This document shows positions 11,678 to 24,839 of a DNA stretch of 59,539 nt, piece after piece. Under the pieces are notes generated by a model that was given only the letters and a program-made list of their open reading frames with translations, had not been told where the DNA came from and did no database searches. The translations under genes were made by a program, and so were the position numbers. Source of the DNA: Octopus bimaculoides (taxonomy: Eukaryota); the NCBI RefSeq assembly GCF_001194135.2, contig NC_068990.1, positions 60,064,051 to 60,123,589 of the forward strand. The letters are read 5' to 3'. Position 1 is the stretch's first letter; every line of letters starts with the position of its first letter.

Positions 11678-12041
11678 TTACCTCTGCCTTAGCAAAGGCA
11701 GAGGTATTGTTATCGGTCATGTTTGTTTGTTTGTTTGCCCATGGACAAGATATCTCAAGAACCACAGGATGGATTCAGATGAAACTTTCAGGGATATTTG
11801 GCCTTGTGACTGGCATGAACTGATTTGGGATCGATCTGGTACCAGACAAGGATTCTGGATTATTTTTCCTGTTTTTTTACTTAATTTTTGAGAGCGGTCA
11901 GGTTCATTTTTAGTATTCTCGTTTGTGAGAGCAGTTGAGTTTATTTCAGATATTCTCCTTTTAAAAATCATCTCTGGCCAATCGTTGAGAGGACACTAGT
12001 GTTGCCTTGACGGAGGTTTGCGTTCTCTGAGTGCTCTTGTT
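11678..12041 (+). mobile_element. Helentron-associated (HINE/DINE-like) non-autonomous element
   Basis: 5' hairpin cctctgcct-tagcaa-aggcagagg, (GTTT)n microsatellite, 3' sub-terminal ccttgacggagg and a terminal gcgttctctgagtgc stem-loop in a TT context. Confidence 0.6.
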
Positions 12042-12084
12042 ATTATTATCATAATTATTATTTTGTTGTCTTTGCATAGTTTCT

Positions 12085-12745
12085 AACAATAGAGATGTAC
12101 TACACTGCCAGCTGTTCATTACCAGGGAACTAAGGTAACACCCCTTATTTTTTGAGCACCATCCGGAGTATTTGAGCAGTTCCAAGCAGTGCTGTTTTCT
12201 GCAAGTGCTCCACCCTTATTGCAGCCCCTATTTGTTCCATGTACTTCTCAAGATTTTTACTCACTGTTCCCAGGGCTCCAACAATTATTGGTACTACTAC
12301 CACCTTTTCAGCAACCACAACTGCTTAATCTCCCAAGATAACTTGTTATATCTATCAGCTTTTCTTCTTTATCACATACCTTGTTGTCAGCTGGGCATGC
12401 TATATCTATGATCCAGCATCATTTGCTTTCTTTCTCAATTAACACCATGTCTGGTTTCCTATTCTCTGTCATGGTCACACTGAATCATAAAATCCCATAG
12501 GGTCTTTGCATTATCATTCTCGATGAAGCCTACAGGTTTATGTTTGTACCATTTTTTTACTCTGTCAAGTCCATACTTGTTGCAAAGTGTCCAATGGACA
12601 GTCCTTGCTATATTGTTATAATGTCTCTTATATTCTTTCTGAGCTAGTGGCGTACATTGATTGGTAATATGCCATACAGTTTTACCATTTTTGTCCACAA
12701 ATTCTGCACTTATCACTTTTTGATGTGTTGTCTATTCTGTATTTG
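12085..12745 (-). mobile_element. R4/Dong-like non-LTR retrotransposon 3' fragment
   Basis: Frameshifted CRIC...TVWHITNQC zinc knuckle, LWDF, RKPDMVLI, IIDIACP, PIIVGALG; flanked by (TTA)n. Confidence 0.85.
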
Positions 12746-12876
12746 ATGTGATTGGTTTTTATTATTATTATTACTATTATTATTATTATTATTATTATTG
12801 ATAATTATAAATATCTTGTACAAAATTTTAAAAACTTATATTTATAAGAAGATTTAATACCAAAGAAATAGCTTAA

Positions 12877-13096
12877 CCCTTTAGCATTTAAACCAGCTGG
12901 ATCAGGCCAAAATATTCTCCCTGTTTTATGTTCAAACCAGCCAGATCTGGTTCCTCACACCTCCTCTACAATGTCATTCTAAAACTAAATAATCACATCA
13001 CTGAAACCGCAAAGCTATATGATAAAGCACAGTTGATTGAAAAGAATGTGGATAAATAAGAATTGCATTTGACAGAATAATTTGAATGCTAAAGGA
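12877..13096 (+). mobile_element. piggyBac-type MITE
   Basis: TTAA|ccctttagcatt...aatgctaaagga|TTAA; further copies at 16424 and 25016. Confidence 0.85.
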
Positions 13097-13399
13097 TTAA
13101 TGTTACCCTGTCGACTAAGTGCTGTTCCAATGGGCAATGAGGTTCTGCAAAATAACACAGAGTTTATTTCAGAGACACACTATTTATTATGATAAGAATA
13201 ATTTCTCCTATTAGCTAAAGGTTTATAATCTGCAGGAGATGAATATAACTTAGTTCACACTACAATGTGCTTTGTACATTCTTGATTGATCACAGATGGA
13301 TAGAAGGCAATGTTAATCCCAGTAGTATTTGAACTTAGAATGTAAAAACAGGAAACTAAATTCTTAGATATTCAGCTAAATATCACTGTCACTGTCCAG

Positions 13400-13630
13400 A
13401 GGTGGTGAGCTGGTAGAATTGTTAGCATGCCAAAAAAAAAAAAAAAAATGTTGCTAAGTATTTCATCCATTTTTTACATTCAGTGTTCAAATTTTGTTGT
13501 GGTTGACTTTGCCTTTCATCCTTTCAGACTTGCTGAAATAAATATCAGTTGAACACTGGGGTCGATGAAACTGACTAGCTCCTATTCTCCAAAATCTCAG
13601 ACCTTGTACCTGTAGTAGAAATGGTTATTG
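13400..13630 (+). mobile_element. SINE family B
   Basis: Homology to 9910-10157. Confidence 0.75.
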
Positions 13631-15294
13631 TCACTATTCTAGCCTTTCATAGTTTCCCAAAACTCTTCAACTGGTTTCTGCCATTGGGTTGTAACTATGT
13701 AAAGGAACAGTATCCATGATAAATTTAAGCCCCCTCAGACCAGTGATAACAATATGGTTTATTTTCAGTTTGAACATAACTTCTTTAGGTTGTAATCACT
13801 GTTTAATATAACAAACATAACGGATTCGATTTAAATTCTATTATTAGTTTGTATTTTCCAAAGTTTAAGTCTATTCTTGATATCTGAAGTTTTATACTAG
13901 GTTAATAAAGTAGAGAGGATTTTTAATTATTTCTTTAGAGTCATTGCTGTCCTGTTTTTAGTGTGTTTTAAAAAAAAAACAATAATTAAAAAAACAATAA
14001 TTAAAAAAATAAATTTAGCTTGTTCTGAATCGTCCCTGTTTTTGTGATCTTTGATGTATTCAGATACACAACTACTTCAAATGAGAAACAGATAAAAGAA
14101 TGAAGAAATAAAACCAATCTCCATTGAATAGTGGAGGTAATTATTTCTGTATTTCTTTGGATTAAGAAGCATAAAGCTGGAACTAATTAACAGATAGTGT
14201 GAAAAGGTTTACTGATGAGAGAAAGTTAAAGCAATATTAAGATCTGAAGGATTAATGAACAGGTGGAAATCTGAAAACTGAATAATTCTTCATACTTTAA
14301 GTGGTTCTCATTTAAGGCATTAAATTTGCTGCAAAATAGGAATAATGAAGTCTAAGACTTTTCAATAAAATTATTAATTGGAATTTAGGGAATACTGAAT
14401 AAAAATAAATAATTGAATAATTTAGGGGATTTGAAATGAAGCATATTAAACATAAGAATTGATTTTGATTCACAGAAATGTGATGTTCTAGCATAGAAAC
14501 GAATTGTGTTTTAGCATTTTAGCAATGAATATTTTACAAGTATGTCTTATTGATTAAATATTTTCATTTAAGAATTGAATGAAATACTAGTGGAAAGTAG
14601 CTTCATATTTCTGTTTCAGTTTCTTCATTAATGAGACATATTCTTTAGATTTAAGTTTTCACATCTAATAAAAATATTCCATATTCTAAAATAACACTTC
14701 TATTAAAACATCTGTAAAATGACCCACATTTATATTTCAACTGGTCAAATTTCCCTCTCTAAATAAATCCATACATTAAGCTCAGCTCTCATTTTCTGCT
14801 GTAAAATGATCGTCAGCATTTTATATATATATGGGAATTATCTCATATTTCATTTTATCTCTCATATATTTAGAGTTAAGATTTCTTATGTAAAGGGAAT
14901 CACTTGAAACCCTTTCCTTCCTAAAGCAATCTCCTTTAAGTATCCAGTGCTAAAATTTCTTTCCTATCAAGCTAATTCCTGATCTAAGATTTAAGCAGTG
15001 TAGTCAAGTTGTATAGATTCCGTTGTTGAGCTTTTACCAATGAAATGATATAGTTAAGATAGTGGGGCCTTTGTGCTGACTCCACTTGCCTTGGACTTCA
15101 TGTGAGACAAATATTGATAAAATATAATCTAAAGAAGCAGAGAGAAGGTAGATTCAGCAAACTGCAATGAAGGCAACCCATACAGGAGATAGTACCTCTG
15201 AATAAAAACAGAAGACTCCTTTAGTCCTGTTACAGAGAACCTCTCTAGTTGGCTCATCATCATCATCATCATTATATTCTACCACCACCACCAT

Positions 15295-15520
15295 CATCTT
15301 CATTTAATGTCTGTTTTCCATGCTGGCATGGGTTGGATAGTTCAACAGAAGCTGGCATGTCAGAGGGCTTGACCATGCCCCAGTTGTCTGTTTTGGAATG
15401 GTTTCTGTGGCTGGGTTTCCTTTTTAATGCCAGTCACTTTATGGAGTGCATTGGGTGGGCTTTTTTTTTTTCTACATGGTGCCAACATGGGTGTGACAAC
15501 AGTTCATATGATAAAATGAT
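15295..15520 (-). mobile_element. SINE-like family C
   Basis: tttaatgtctgttttccatgctggcatgggttgg homology. Confidence 0.7.
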
Positions 15521-16423
15521 TAGTGACTGGAACTGCATGTAGCTTTAAAAACCATTCAATCAAAAGGAAGAATCAAATGGAGAAGATAAGGATTCCACCA
15601 GCCTCAGCACAAAAGCAGCCCATCTAGAGGAGCAGAAACTCTTAATAAACATTAAAACAAATAGAGGGAACACTTTAAATCTGCTATAGATAACTTCTTC
15701 AGCGTACATAGTACAATCAGAACACATCCAGTGCACACTTCAAAATGTTGGTGATAGGAATATCCAACTATAAAGGCAAGCTACGTTATAAAACATGACT
15801 TACACAATGAAAATAAATGGCAGTTTTCTTTGTTGCTGTGTGTGTGTGACAGATGACAAAGGTTCAAGACTTGTCATGAAATGCTGTGCTGAAAGATTCA
15901 TTCAATCTATGCCAGAATGGAAAAAAAAAAGAGGCAAAATGGTGAAAGAAGATGATGATGATGACAACGACGACAATGACGACGACGGCGGTGTGATGGT
16001 GGTTGTGATGATGGTGATGATGATGATCAAATAAACAATGGATTCTTTCAGGCCTCTGTTTGTTAAGGTTGTCTATATATCTGCCCCCAACATGTGCTGA
16101 ATGGGGCAAAAAGAGTTGGTACAGATACCACTGAGAATCTTGACTAAAACTTTAACATTTTCACCAAGCCACTGACTGACCACCAAAAGGACAAAAGACA
16201 AAGATGACCTCAGTAGGACTTGAAGTTGGAGGACAGAGAGTCAGAACGAATACTACATCACATTCTACCCAGTACCCAACATTCAAATAACAGAATAGTT
16301 TGCAGCAGTAAAATAGAATTTTTCAATAAAATAACTGATTAATAAGATTTGATTAACAGAAATCAGATATATTACTGCTAACTATTCCATCTTCTACAGG
16401 CATCCAGCCACTTGAATTTCCTA

Positions 16424-16643
16424 CCCTTTAGCATTCAGATTACTCTGTCAAATGTACTGTTTATTTATTCTCATTGTTTAGAATTAACCATGCACCATCA
16501 TGTAGCTTTGAGCTTTCAGTGAAATAATTGCTTATTTTTAGAATGTCATAGTAAGGTAAATGTGAGAGGCCAAATCTGGTTGGTTTGAACATAAAACATG
16601 TAGAATACTTGGACGAGACATGGGCAGTTTAAAAGCTAAAGGG
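16424..16643 (-). mobile_element. piggyBac-type MITE
   Basis: ccctttagcatt...aaagctaaaggg|TTAA; reverse copy of 12877-13096. Confidence 0.8.
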
Positions 16644-17904
16644 TTAAGTGCACCTTTTGTTATTAGTAAACATTTCTAACATCCTCATTTATAATTTACT
16701 TTCACTTTCATTAGTAGTTCAAATTTTATTTCTTTTTTTCTAGAATGCAAATTATTTAATATTCTCTACAGTCAAGTAATAGGATAAGTTTATTCAGTAC
16801 AAAGATAATTAATGGCTCAGTGAGTATAGGAAAGGAATGTCAACTTTATGGGAAATTATTCTTTAAAGAAAAATGTTAGCGATTAAACCAAGTGATTAAA
16901 TTTCTGGGCTCATTTTCTCTGAAGTTAACGTTCAAACGTAGATATGAACATGGTGGTGTGTCCTCAGATTTAGGTAACTCACTCTATATAACCAGAAAAA
17001 TCCCACTTTATGATATAGAAGACTTGATGTTCAAAAGGTTATCTGGCTGTAAAAATTATGTTCTTTGACACTTTATGTGTGACACTTGCCTCTTTGAAGT
17101 ATTCATATAAAATGAAAATTGAGATGAAAAATTAAGACAAAAACGTTTTAAGAGTTATGTGGTTCTTCAGTGTTAAACCTTTGTATAATACTTTGATGTT
17201 TTAATTTGATCTTCATAAGAAAAACATTATTTGAATTAATACATAAATTAAGAAAAAAAAAAATTAAAGAAATCTTGTGACTAATTTTAGTTTATATTCC
17301 AATCTTGATTCACCCCATCCACCTTAGAAATTTTCAAATGGAACACATAAGTTTATTATGATCAGTCCTATTTTGCAAAAAATTCTCTGAAACAAAGAAG
17401 GGAAATAGATTATTTACTTTTTAATGAATGATATATTTGTTTTTGTTCCCTACAATGTGTTACTAGAATTTTGTCAAGTTTTTATTTTCTCAATGTAAAT
17501 AGAGGCTAATTCTGATGCAAATATTGTCAAAGATTACTTGTTTGACTTTATATCTGTTTGTGAATTTTTTAATCAATAAAATCTCTGTAGTATCAGGTAC
17601 AGATAATAATTGTTCAGAAACCATATCTGTAGAGAAAGCTGGTTGAAGACTGCCCTTTCAAAGAAATTATTTTAGCCATTATTACTGACTAAATTGTTTT
17701 ATTAAATTCTGGTAGCTCAAAAAATAAAATAAATGAAAAACAATAAATTGAATAATAATAATGATAATGATAATTCTTTCTAATTTTGACATAATGCCAG
17801 CAATTTTGAGGGGCAGGGCAAGCTGATTACACTGAGCCCATAACTTGGCTAATATTTTATTTCATTGGTCTTCAGAGGAATAAAAGGTAAAGTTGATTTT
17901 GTCA

Positions 17905-17944
<40 letters not shown>

Positions 17945-17948
<4 letters not shown>

Positions 17949-18147
17949 GCACAAGGCCTGAAATTGGTGGGAAAGGGATTAGTCAGTTACATTGATCCCA
18001 GTGTTTCACTGGTACATAATTTATCGACCCTGAAAGGATGAAAGGCAAAGTTGACCTTGGCAGAATTTGAACTCAGAACATAGTGACGTGCAAAATACCA
18101 CTAAGCATTTCATCCAATGTGCTAATGATTCTGCCAGCTCACTGCCT

Positions 18148-18150
<3 letters not shown>
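17945..18150 (-). mobile_element. SINE family B
   Basis: Reverse homology to 9910. Confidence 0.8.
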
Positions 18151-18178
<28 letters not shown>

Positions 18179-18199
18179 AATAATAATAATAATTGTCAT

Positions 18200-18775
18200 C
18201 AATGCCCTGTTGCAGTATCAGGCAGTGACCCTCATGGCTTTTGATCTTAACTGATTGGCAGTGTTATCATGTACGTGATTTGTCTTGGGTATAAAAGATG
18301 GGCTACAGCAAATATTCTGCTCAATACCACAGATTTGCTTGTCAGTTGTTTGACCATATCCAGTTGAGCATGTCTCTTAGTGGCTGACAATATGTGCATC
18401 CCTGGTCATGTGCAGAAGTAGTGGGGGAGTATCATAGTCATATGTTGAGAGAAATTCTTTGGGGTTTGAATAATTCAACTCTGGAAACATGGGTGTTTTG
18501 TTCATCATCCTCAAACAAACCTTATTCAGTGACCTTTTGAGCAGGATGGGCTACTCGCCCTGAAGAAAATTCTAGCTGGGCCCCACCTGCAAGGTCATGC
18601 ACTGTTTATCTTAATATGAGATCACCATGTCACACACATGTGGTTGTGATGCATATGCCTGATGTATCCTTATCAAACAGGTAGTCATGACAGGTTTACT
18701 GAGTTCCACATATTTTACCCCAGTGTCACTTTGATGGCATGCACTGCTTTCTCACCCAATAATAATAACAATAAT
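18200..18775 (+). mobile_element. Unclassified interspersed repeat (family E) with (AAT)n tail
   Basis: Collinear with the split copy at 10160-11430. Confidence 0.8.
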
Positions 18776-18784
18776 CCTATCTAC

Positions 18785-18990
18785 TAAAGGCACAAGGCCA
18801 GAAATGTTTGGGGGAGAGGACTAGTCAATTACATCAATTCCAGTGTTTCACTGGTACTTAATTTATTGACTCCAAAAGGATGAAAGATAAAGACAACCTC
18901 AATGGAAATTGAACTCAGAATGTGGAGATGAACGAAATACTGTGAAGCATTTTGCCTGGTATGCTAACAATTCTGCCAGCTTGCCAACTT
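18785..18990 (-). mobile_element. SINE family B
   Basis: Reverse homology to 9910. Confidence 0.8.
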
Positions 18991-20139
18991 AATAATAATA
19001 ATGATGATAGCATTAAACCTACCCAACCAGATTTATAGGAAAATTATTTTAATGTAATTCTTCTTTTGTTTTTGGCTTTCATTGTTTATCCACATTTATT
19101 CAATATCTTTCTATCGTTAAAAATATTCATTTTTAACTGCTTGTCATGATACTTGCAAAAAATAATGCTTGTGGTACCTACTTTCTGAGTACCTTTTTAG
19201 TCACAACTCTTTTTTTCAATTTCACCAAACAACAATTCGGGCTTTGCTTCACAAAATTTGGCTTCAGTGAAAACTAGAATTTCTTAATTTCTGAACAGTA
19301 GTGATACTAATAATATTTTTATTTGAATAGTTTCTTTTTTCAAGTTTTCCCTGCTAATTAGTCATCTTTTCTAAATTTAATTAGAAGGCTAGAACACTGC
19401 TTGTATTAATTGCTAACATTCAGCTTCTCTGGAGATTGTCAAAGCAGAAACAATAAAATACCAGGCCAAATCCTTTATTGTATTTCAATTCCATTGTGTG
19501 TCTTTACTCTTTTAGAGTGTGTCTTGGATTGTATTTTTAGATTGTGATTTACATTGATTCCCCTCATATTGTGTTCCTTTAGCTTCCTAGATTAGGTTGG
19601 TTTTGCTTTCCATCCTTGTGGAGTTGATAAAATATTAATACCTGTTAAATATTTGGAACTGTTTAATTTATTGTACCTTGTCAGCAAATTTGTGGCCCTG
19701 TGCCAATTCAAAATGAAAAATAAAACAAACAAACAAAAGCAGTATTTACTTTGTTTAATTTGTGTCTAATCATCATAAACGCTTGTTATACAAGATTAAT
19801 TTGCGTGTACTGTCAAAATATTCTTATGGCTTTGTATGACATAAGAATTCTAGAGTAATTTTAATGAACAGTAACTAAAAATTATAAGAGAAAAATAGAA
19901 ACTAATAAAAGAGGAAGATGAAATTACAAAGCAAGCAAGTCTTAATTGTTGTGACATTGTCTGAGGATGATATCTGGGATATGAAGTCTTTGCTAACATT
20001 GCAAGAAAATATTTGAGAGTTTGTCTTCCATTATTCTTTTGTAATATGTTATCTTCATTATTAGTTACTTTTAGTTCTTAAACCAGTTGCATCAGAATCT
20101 ATTTGGCCTCCATCTATATGGGTTCCTAGCAATATCATC

Positions 20140-20400
20140 ATCACCATTTAACATTCATCTCCATGCTGGAATGGGTTGGTTGGTTTGACAGGATTCAGCA
20201 AGCAAGTTACAGGGCTGCACCGAATTCCATCAATTCCACCAGATTTGGCATGGTTTCTATGGCTGGATGCTCTTCCTAACACCAACCACATTACAGTGTG
20301 TACTGGGCATTTTTTTTCTCTTTATGCCAATATTACTAGTAGGGTTACTGAGTAACATGGCAAGACAGAAAAGAGAACAGGGAAACAGGAAAGGAAAAAG
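20140..20400 (-). mobile_element. SINE-like family C
   Basis: tttaacattcatctccatgctgg...ggatgctcttcctaacaccaaccac homology. Confidence 0.7.
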
Positions 20401-21179
20401 CTAAACCTTGATCAATAGTCTATGATCCCTTAATTTCCATGACCTCATACTTTCAGCAAAATTTGATATTACTTCAATTCTCTCTTGGAAGAAGTACTTG
20501 ATAACTTTAACTCTAATATATTTTCTCTCTTCATTTCAGTTCTGTCTAGCATTTAGCTCTACCTTACCAACTAAATAATTTATACTTATCTTATTCTCTG
20601 CAAGCTAGAACTTATTGTCAATGATGCTATCAGTGAATACATTTAATCAAGTTCAATATCATTTTCGTTGAAGGTATCAATGATAAATGTGTAATTGTTA
20701 CACCACTGTCTTCAGTGCACCAATATTATTCAATGTAGAACCATTTCCAGTAATTTCTCAAAATCTTATATAGGTTTCAGAACTAAACTTGGCATTTCAG
20801 AAACTCTGATTTCCAATAAAGTTTATGCCTCAGTAATTAACCTTATTTTTAATCTAGTCAAAAAGAATGGAAATCAGATTTTATCCTTCTTAGAAACTGG
20901 AATAGAACATTATAGATATTTTCAACCATTTATGCTATTTCCTATAATCTCAAATCTAAGATACCGTGATTAACTATTGAACTATTATTGGCTGGTGTCT
21001 ACCCACAGACTTATGATCAAATAACATTTTATCAGTTTTTTCTGCCTATTAAGTTCTATCACTTAGCCCTTTCTTTCTATAGGGTTGACCAAAGTAATTT
21101 ATAAATTCGACTTTGCAAATGGGAGTAAGTCCCTCTATTGCCACCTCTCTACCTTCATAACTGGTATCTTCCAACATAG

Positions 21180-22010
21180 CCACCATCACTGGTGCCATTA
21201 TGGCTTTTTCCACCACCAATGCCACCACTGTCACCACTGTCACCACCGCCATCACCACCACCACCACTACCACCATCACCCACTGCAACAGTCACCGCTG
21301 CTGCCACCCTCACCATCACTACTACTACTACTACTACTACTACCACCGCCACCATCTTTACAATGGCCACAACCACTACTACTACTACTACTACTGCCAC
21401 CACCACCTTCTCTACCATGACCACAACCACCACCACTACTACTACCACCTTCTCTACAATGACCACAACCACTTCTCCTACTACTACTACAACTACTACT
21501 ACCGCTGCTGTTACTACAGCTACTACCACCACCTCTTTCTCTACAATGACCACAACCACCACTACTACTACAACTACCACCACCAAATACTCTACAATGA
21601 CCACTACTACTACTACTACAACTACCACCACCACCACTTCCACCTTCTCTACAATGACCACAACCATTACTACTACAACTACTATTGCCGCCGCCGCCGC
21701 CGCTGCTGCTGCAGCTGCTACAAATACTATCATCATCACTTTCTCTACAATGACCACAACCACCACTACTACAACTACCACCACCACCACCTACTCTACA
21801 ATGACCACTACTACTACTACCACCACTTCCACCTTCTCTACAATGACCACAACCATTACTACTACTACTACTACTCCCTCCATCCCCACCACTATCAACT
21901 TTGTAATTCACACTACCACCATTATTGTTACATCCTCTGGTACTACTACTACTTACTTTACCATCAGCACCATCACAATTACCACTATACTGCTCTACCA
22001 CCACTACCAA
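21180..22010. repeat. ACN-triplet minisatellite with nine T(T/A)CTCTACAATGACCAC-type anchors
   Basis: Anchors near 21353, 21408, 21450, 21537, 21588, 21645, 21741, 21792 and 21834, all in one frame. Confidence 0.9.
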
Positions 22011-22454
22011 TCTCTCCTCCTTTGTCAGCAATGGCACAAGTATTGTGACCGTTATCAAGATGTTGTCAGTGGTGATCTCTAACCTTGGCATGTTCGTTCA
22101 TTTATTCTTTGGTTTTTTACATCTCTTTATACATTCTGAGAAATTAATACAAAGATCTATGAAACACGAACAAAACAGAAAAAGAACTAAATTATTGCTA
22201 TATTTGTGGATGATCATCTTTAGCCAATTAAATACATGTGCTATTTATTTGATCTTCACTTTAGCTTTACTGCTGTTATCAATTTTAGTTTATTTATCAA
22301 AGTTGTCCCATGTGTCTCCCCTTTTGTCCTGCCTATTCCATTTACTTTCTTCAAGAAAGCCAACAAATATAAAACAGAGGCTGCAATGACAGATAGTTAT
22401 AAAAAAAAATCCAACAAAAAATGGAAATTGTGGAATAGCAATAAAAATCTAAAC

Positions 22455-23200
22455 TAAAATTAGGACAGCACAATGCCATCATTTCGTAATGACACAAAAA
22501 GCCCCAACATGGCCAATACAAGAAGTAGACAAGAAAAAGTTGCATGTCTGAGAAGCATGAGACGCGAAGCAGAGACTGAGTGGTTCTTGACTGCAGCACA
22601 AGATCAAATTCCAAGAACTACCAAAATCCTTTAATGAAACAAAACAGTATCTGCAGAATATGTAGAAATGAGGAAAAAAATAAAACAAATAACTATAATG
22701 CCTCTAGCTGTTCACTCTTAACCAAAGCAGAATACATCCATGGTCATGATAGAGTTGGGACATGCAACAGAAGTCAAGGTAGCATTTTGAAATACTAACA
22801 GAAAAGAGATGACATGAGCATACAACATTTGAAAATGGCAAAACCACCATACTTTGGATACACCAGTATATGCAGACAAAGAGATCAAGGCTCGGCAACC
22901 AGACATTATTTTCAAGGACTAGCAAAACAAAAGAAATGCATCCTAATTGACATGTCAGTCCCAAAAGATGATAATGTATCTCTAAAAGATATGGAGAAAT
23001 TATCTTAAGATCTAAAGAGTCTGACAACCTGAATGTAGAGCTTAAAATCAGTGACACAGGTAGTGGTTTGCTGCTGGTGAATGAAAATGTATTTCTACGG
23101 CTGTATGTAGAGGTAATTAACAACATTCATGAATGATTAACAGAAAATTTTATTACTGCACATAGTGTTTTCTGTGTTGGTCTTTTACAAATACTAACAG
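22455..23200 (+). mobile_element. R4/Dong-like non-LTR retrotransposon 3' fragment
   Basis: Frameshifted ETEWFLTAAQDQ, CRIC, ENGKTTILW, RQPDIIF, CILIDMSVPKDDNVSLK. Confidence 0.8.
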
Positions 23201-24106
23201 TGAAAATTACACACTGGGAGAAACATACTACTGGGATTTGCGACAATTTAACTGGTATATAGCAGTCTGTGGCTGGCTCTTCACAACTGGAAAATAATTG
23301 CACTATATTCATGGTGACAAAAGTCCTTATCTTCTCTTTACCATCAGCAGGATGTGGTGATGCAAATGGAGATAACAAGTGGCTGTCTCAGTACTCTGTG
23401 ATTACTACCAAGAAACTACCTTTATATAGGGTACAATGAGAAAGTTTTAGAAAATTGAATCATGCAATGGCTTGACACTGAATTGGTCTCTTAATAGACT
23501 GATCAAATGAAACTACTGTGGCTTGATTGTGATGTCTCCTCAGATACCAAGTGATTCAGTTTTGAATCTGCAGCAACAGAAGTAATCCCTATAATAATAA
23601 GTGCTTTTGTAATGATCAAAAAACATTCACATACATAACCAAAATGCCCAGATTTAGTAATATGCATATCATACTGAAAGTGGTACTGTTAGGCACTGTA
23701 CAGATATTACTTAGAGCACTTGGAATGCAATAAAAGTTTTAAAAAACCAAAACAGAGCACTACATATGCCTGAGATACACAATAGAGCTACAATTAGTGG
23801 TGCAGAGAAGGAACACAACAAAATTAGACAGTTGAATAACAATAACTATGACAACAACAACAACAACAATTTGTAACATAGCAACTGGATGTTCTATACT
23901 GGGGCTTACATGCTCATGCAGACATTATATAACTGCCTTTTGTTTTGTCTTACCATTTAACTTATAGATGACAACATGCCAAAATTCAAGTCACCACCAA
24001 CAGTCATAGCTGTAATCCTTGTATTTCTGTTACCCAATATCCACTAATCTGTGGACAGGCTTGTGGAGCCCTTTTTAATCAGTTCTTTTTTTTTTTTTTG
24101 ACATAC

Positions 24107-24200
24107 CTCTTCCACGTTGTTTTCTTTTGTTGAGCTGATTCTTGTATCCTATTGGCTTACAATACTGATGAAAGTATTTCAACTGCTGATTTTCTTGGAA
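24107..24200 (-). CDS. Candidate coding exon C (unknown protein)
   Basis: gtttttag|...|gtatgt; open frame FQENQQLKYFHQYCKPIGYKNQLNKRKQRGR; no recognised homology. Confidence 0.2.
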
Positions 24201-24442
24201 CTAAAAACTTGTTCATTGCTATATGTATGTGTTAAGATATGTCCATTATACAAAACATGTCTGTTTGTGGAATTGTCAGTTGACAGCATTATTAAACTTC
24301 ATTATTTTCGTTTTTGACCTTCTTTTTAAATCATAATTTTGCTTTCAAAAGTTTTCCAAATTTCTGGAAGCACATACGTTCATTACTGCTAACATGTGTA
24401 GGTTTTCCCATCGACTGGAATAAGGTGTATGGAAGTGTATAC

Positions 24443-24586
24443 CTGGTTTTTGAAATCGAGGAACGAAACAAGGTGATAGGTAGAGTTTAGTGCACCAAGA
24501 ACCTGTCCATAGATTAGTTCTGCAACAAGGGTTATAGCTACGACTGTTGGTGGTGACTTGAATTTTGGCATGTTGTCATCTATAAG
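24443..24586 (-). CDS. Candidate coding exon B (unknown protein)
   Basis: Pyrimidine-rich acceptor ...aacttgtgtccag| and donor CAG|gtatac; 48 open codons LIDDNMPKFKSPP...SFLDFKNQ. Confidence 0.25.
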
Positions 24587-24734
24587 CTGGACACAAGTTA
24601 AATGATAAGACAGAACAATATGTGGTTATATGATGTCTGCAAGGACATCCAATAAGAAAAAACCATATTGAAACATGAGAAAACGAAAGCTTACGAAATA
24701 TAAAATAAATGAAACAAAATGTCCAAAGACAAAC

Positions 24735-24839
24735 TTTAGTTTTCCACCCCAAGGGAATTGTGGTGGATGATTCTATGCAGGGCATTTTCAGTTCCTTGAT
24801 ACAGTTCACATGATGTACCCTTTCCACGCAATATGCTTT
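24735..24839 (-). CDS. Candidate coding exon A (unknown protein)
   Basis: tttctcttgtggctattgtgtag|...AAA|gtttgt; 35 open codons KAYCVERVHHVNC...LGWKTK. Confidence 0.2.

Larger units (their letters stand above)
23917..24641. repeat. Long inverted repeat (arms ~23917-24070 and ~24490-24641)
   Basis: 45-bp perfect complementarity between 23961-24005 and 24542-24586, with diverged but alignable flanks. Confidence 0.9.

Noticed and set aside
14064-14137. Well-bounded AG...GT segment as a coding exon
   Set aside because: Stops in all three frames.
15795-16034. Acidic Asp-rich ORF
   Set aside because: Driven by a (GAT/GAC)n microsatellite.
19962-19992. CTGAGGA...GAAG hammerhead-like string (also CTGATGA...GAAA near 27078)
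   Set aside because: No GAAA core with stems I and III at 19962; no foldable stem II at 27078.
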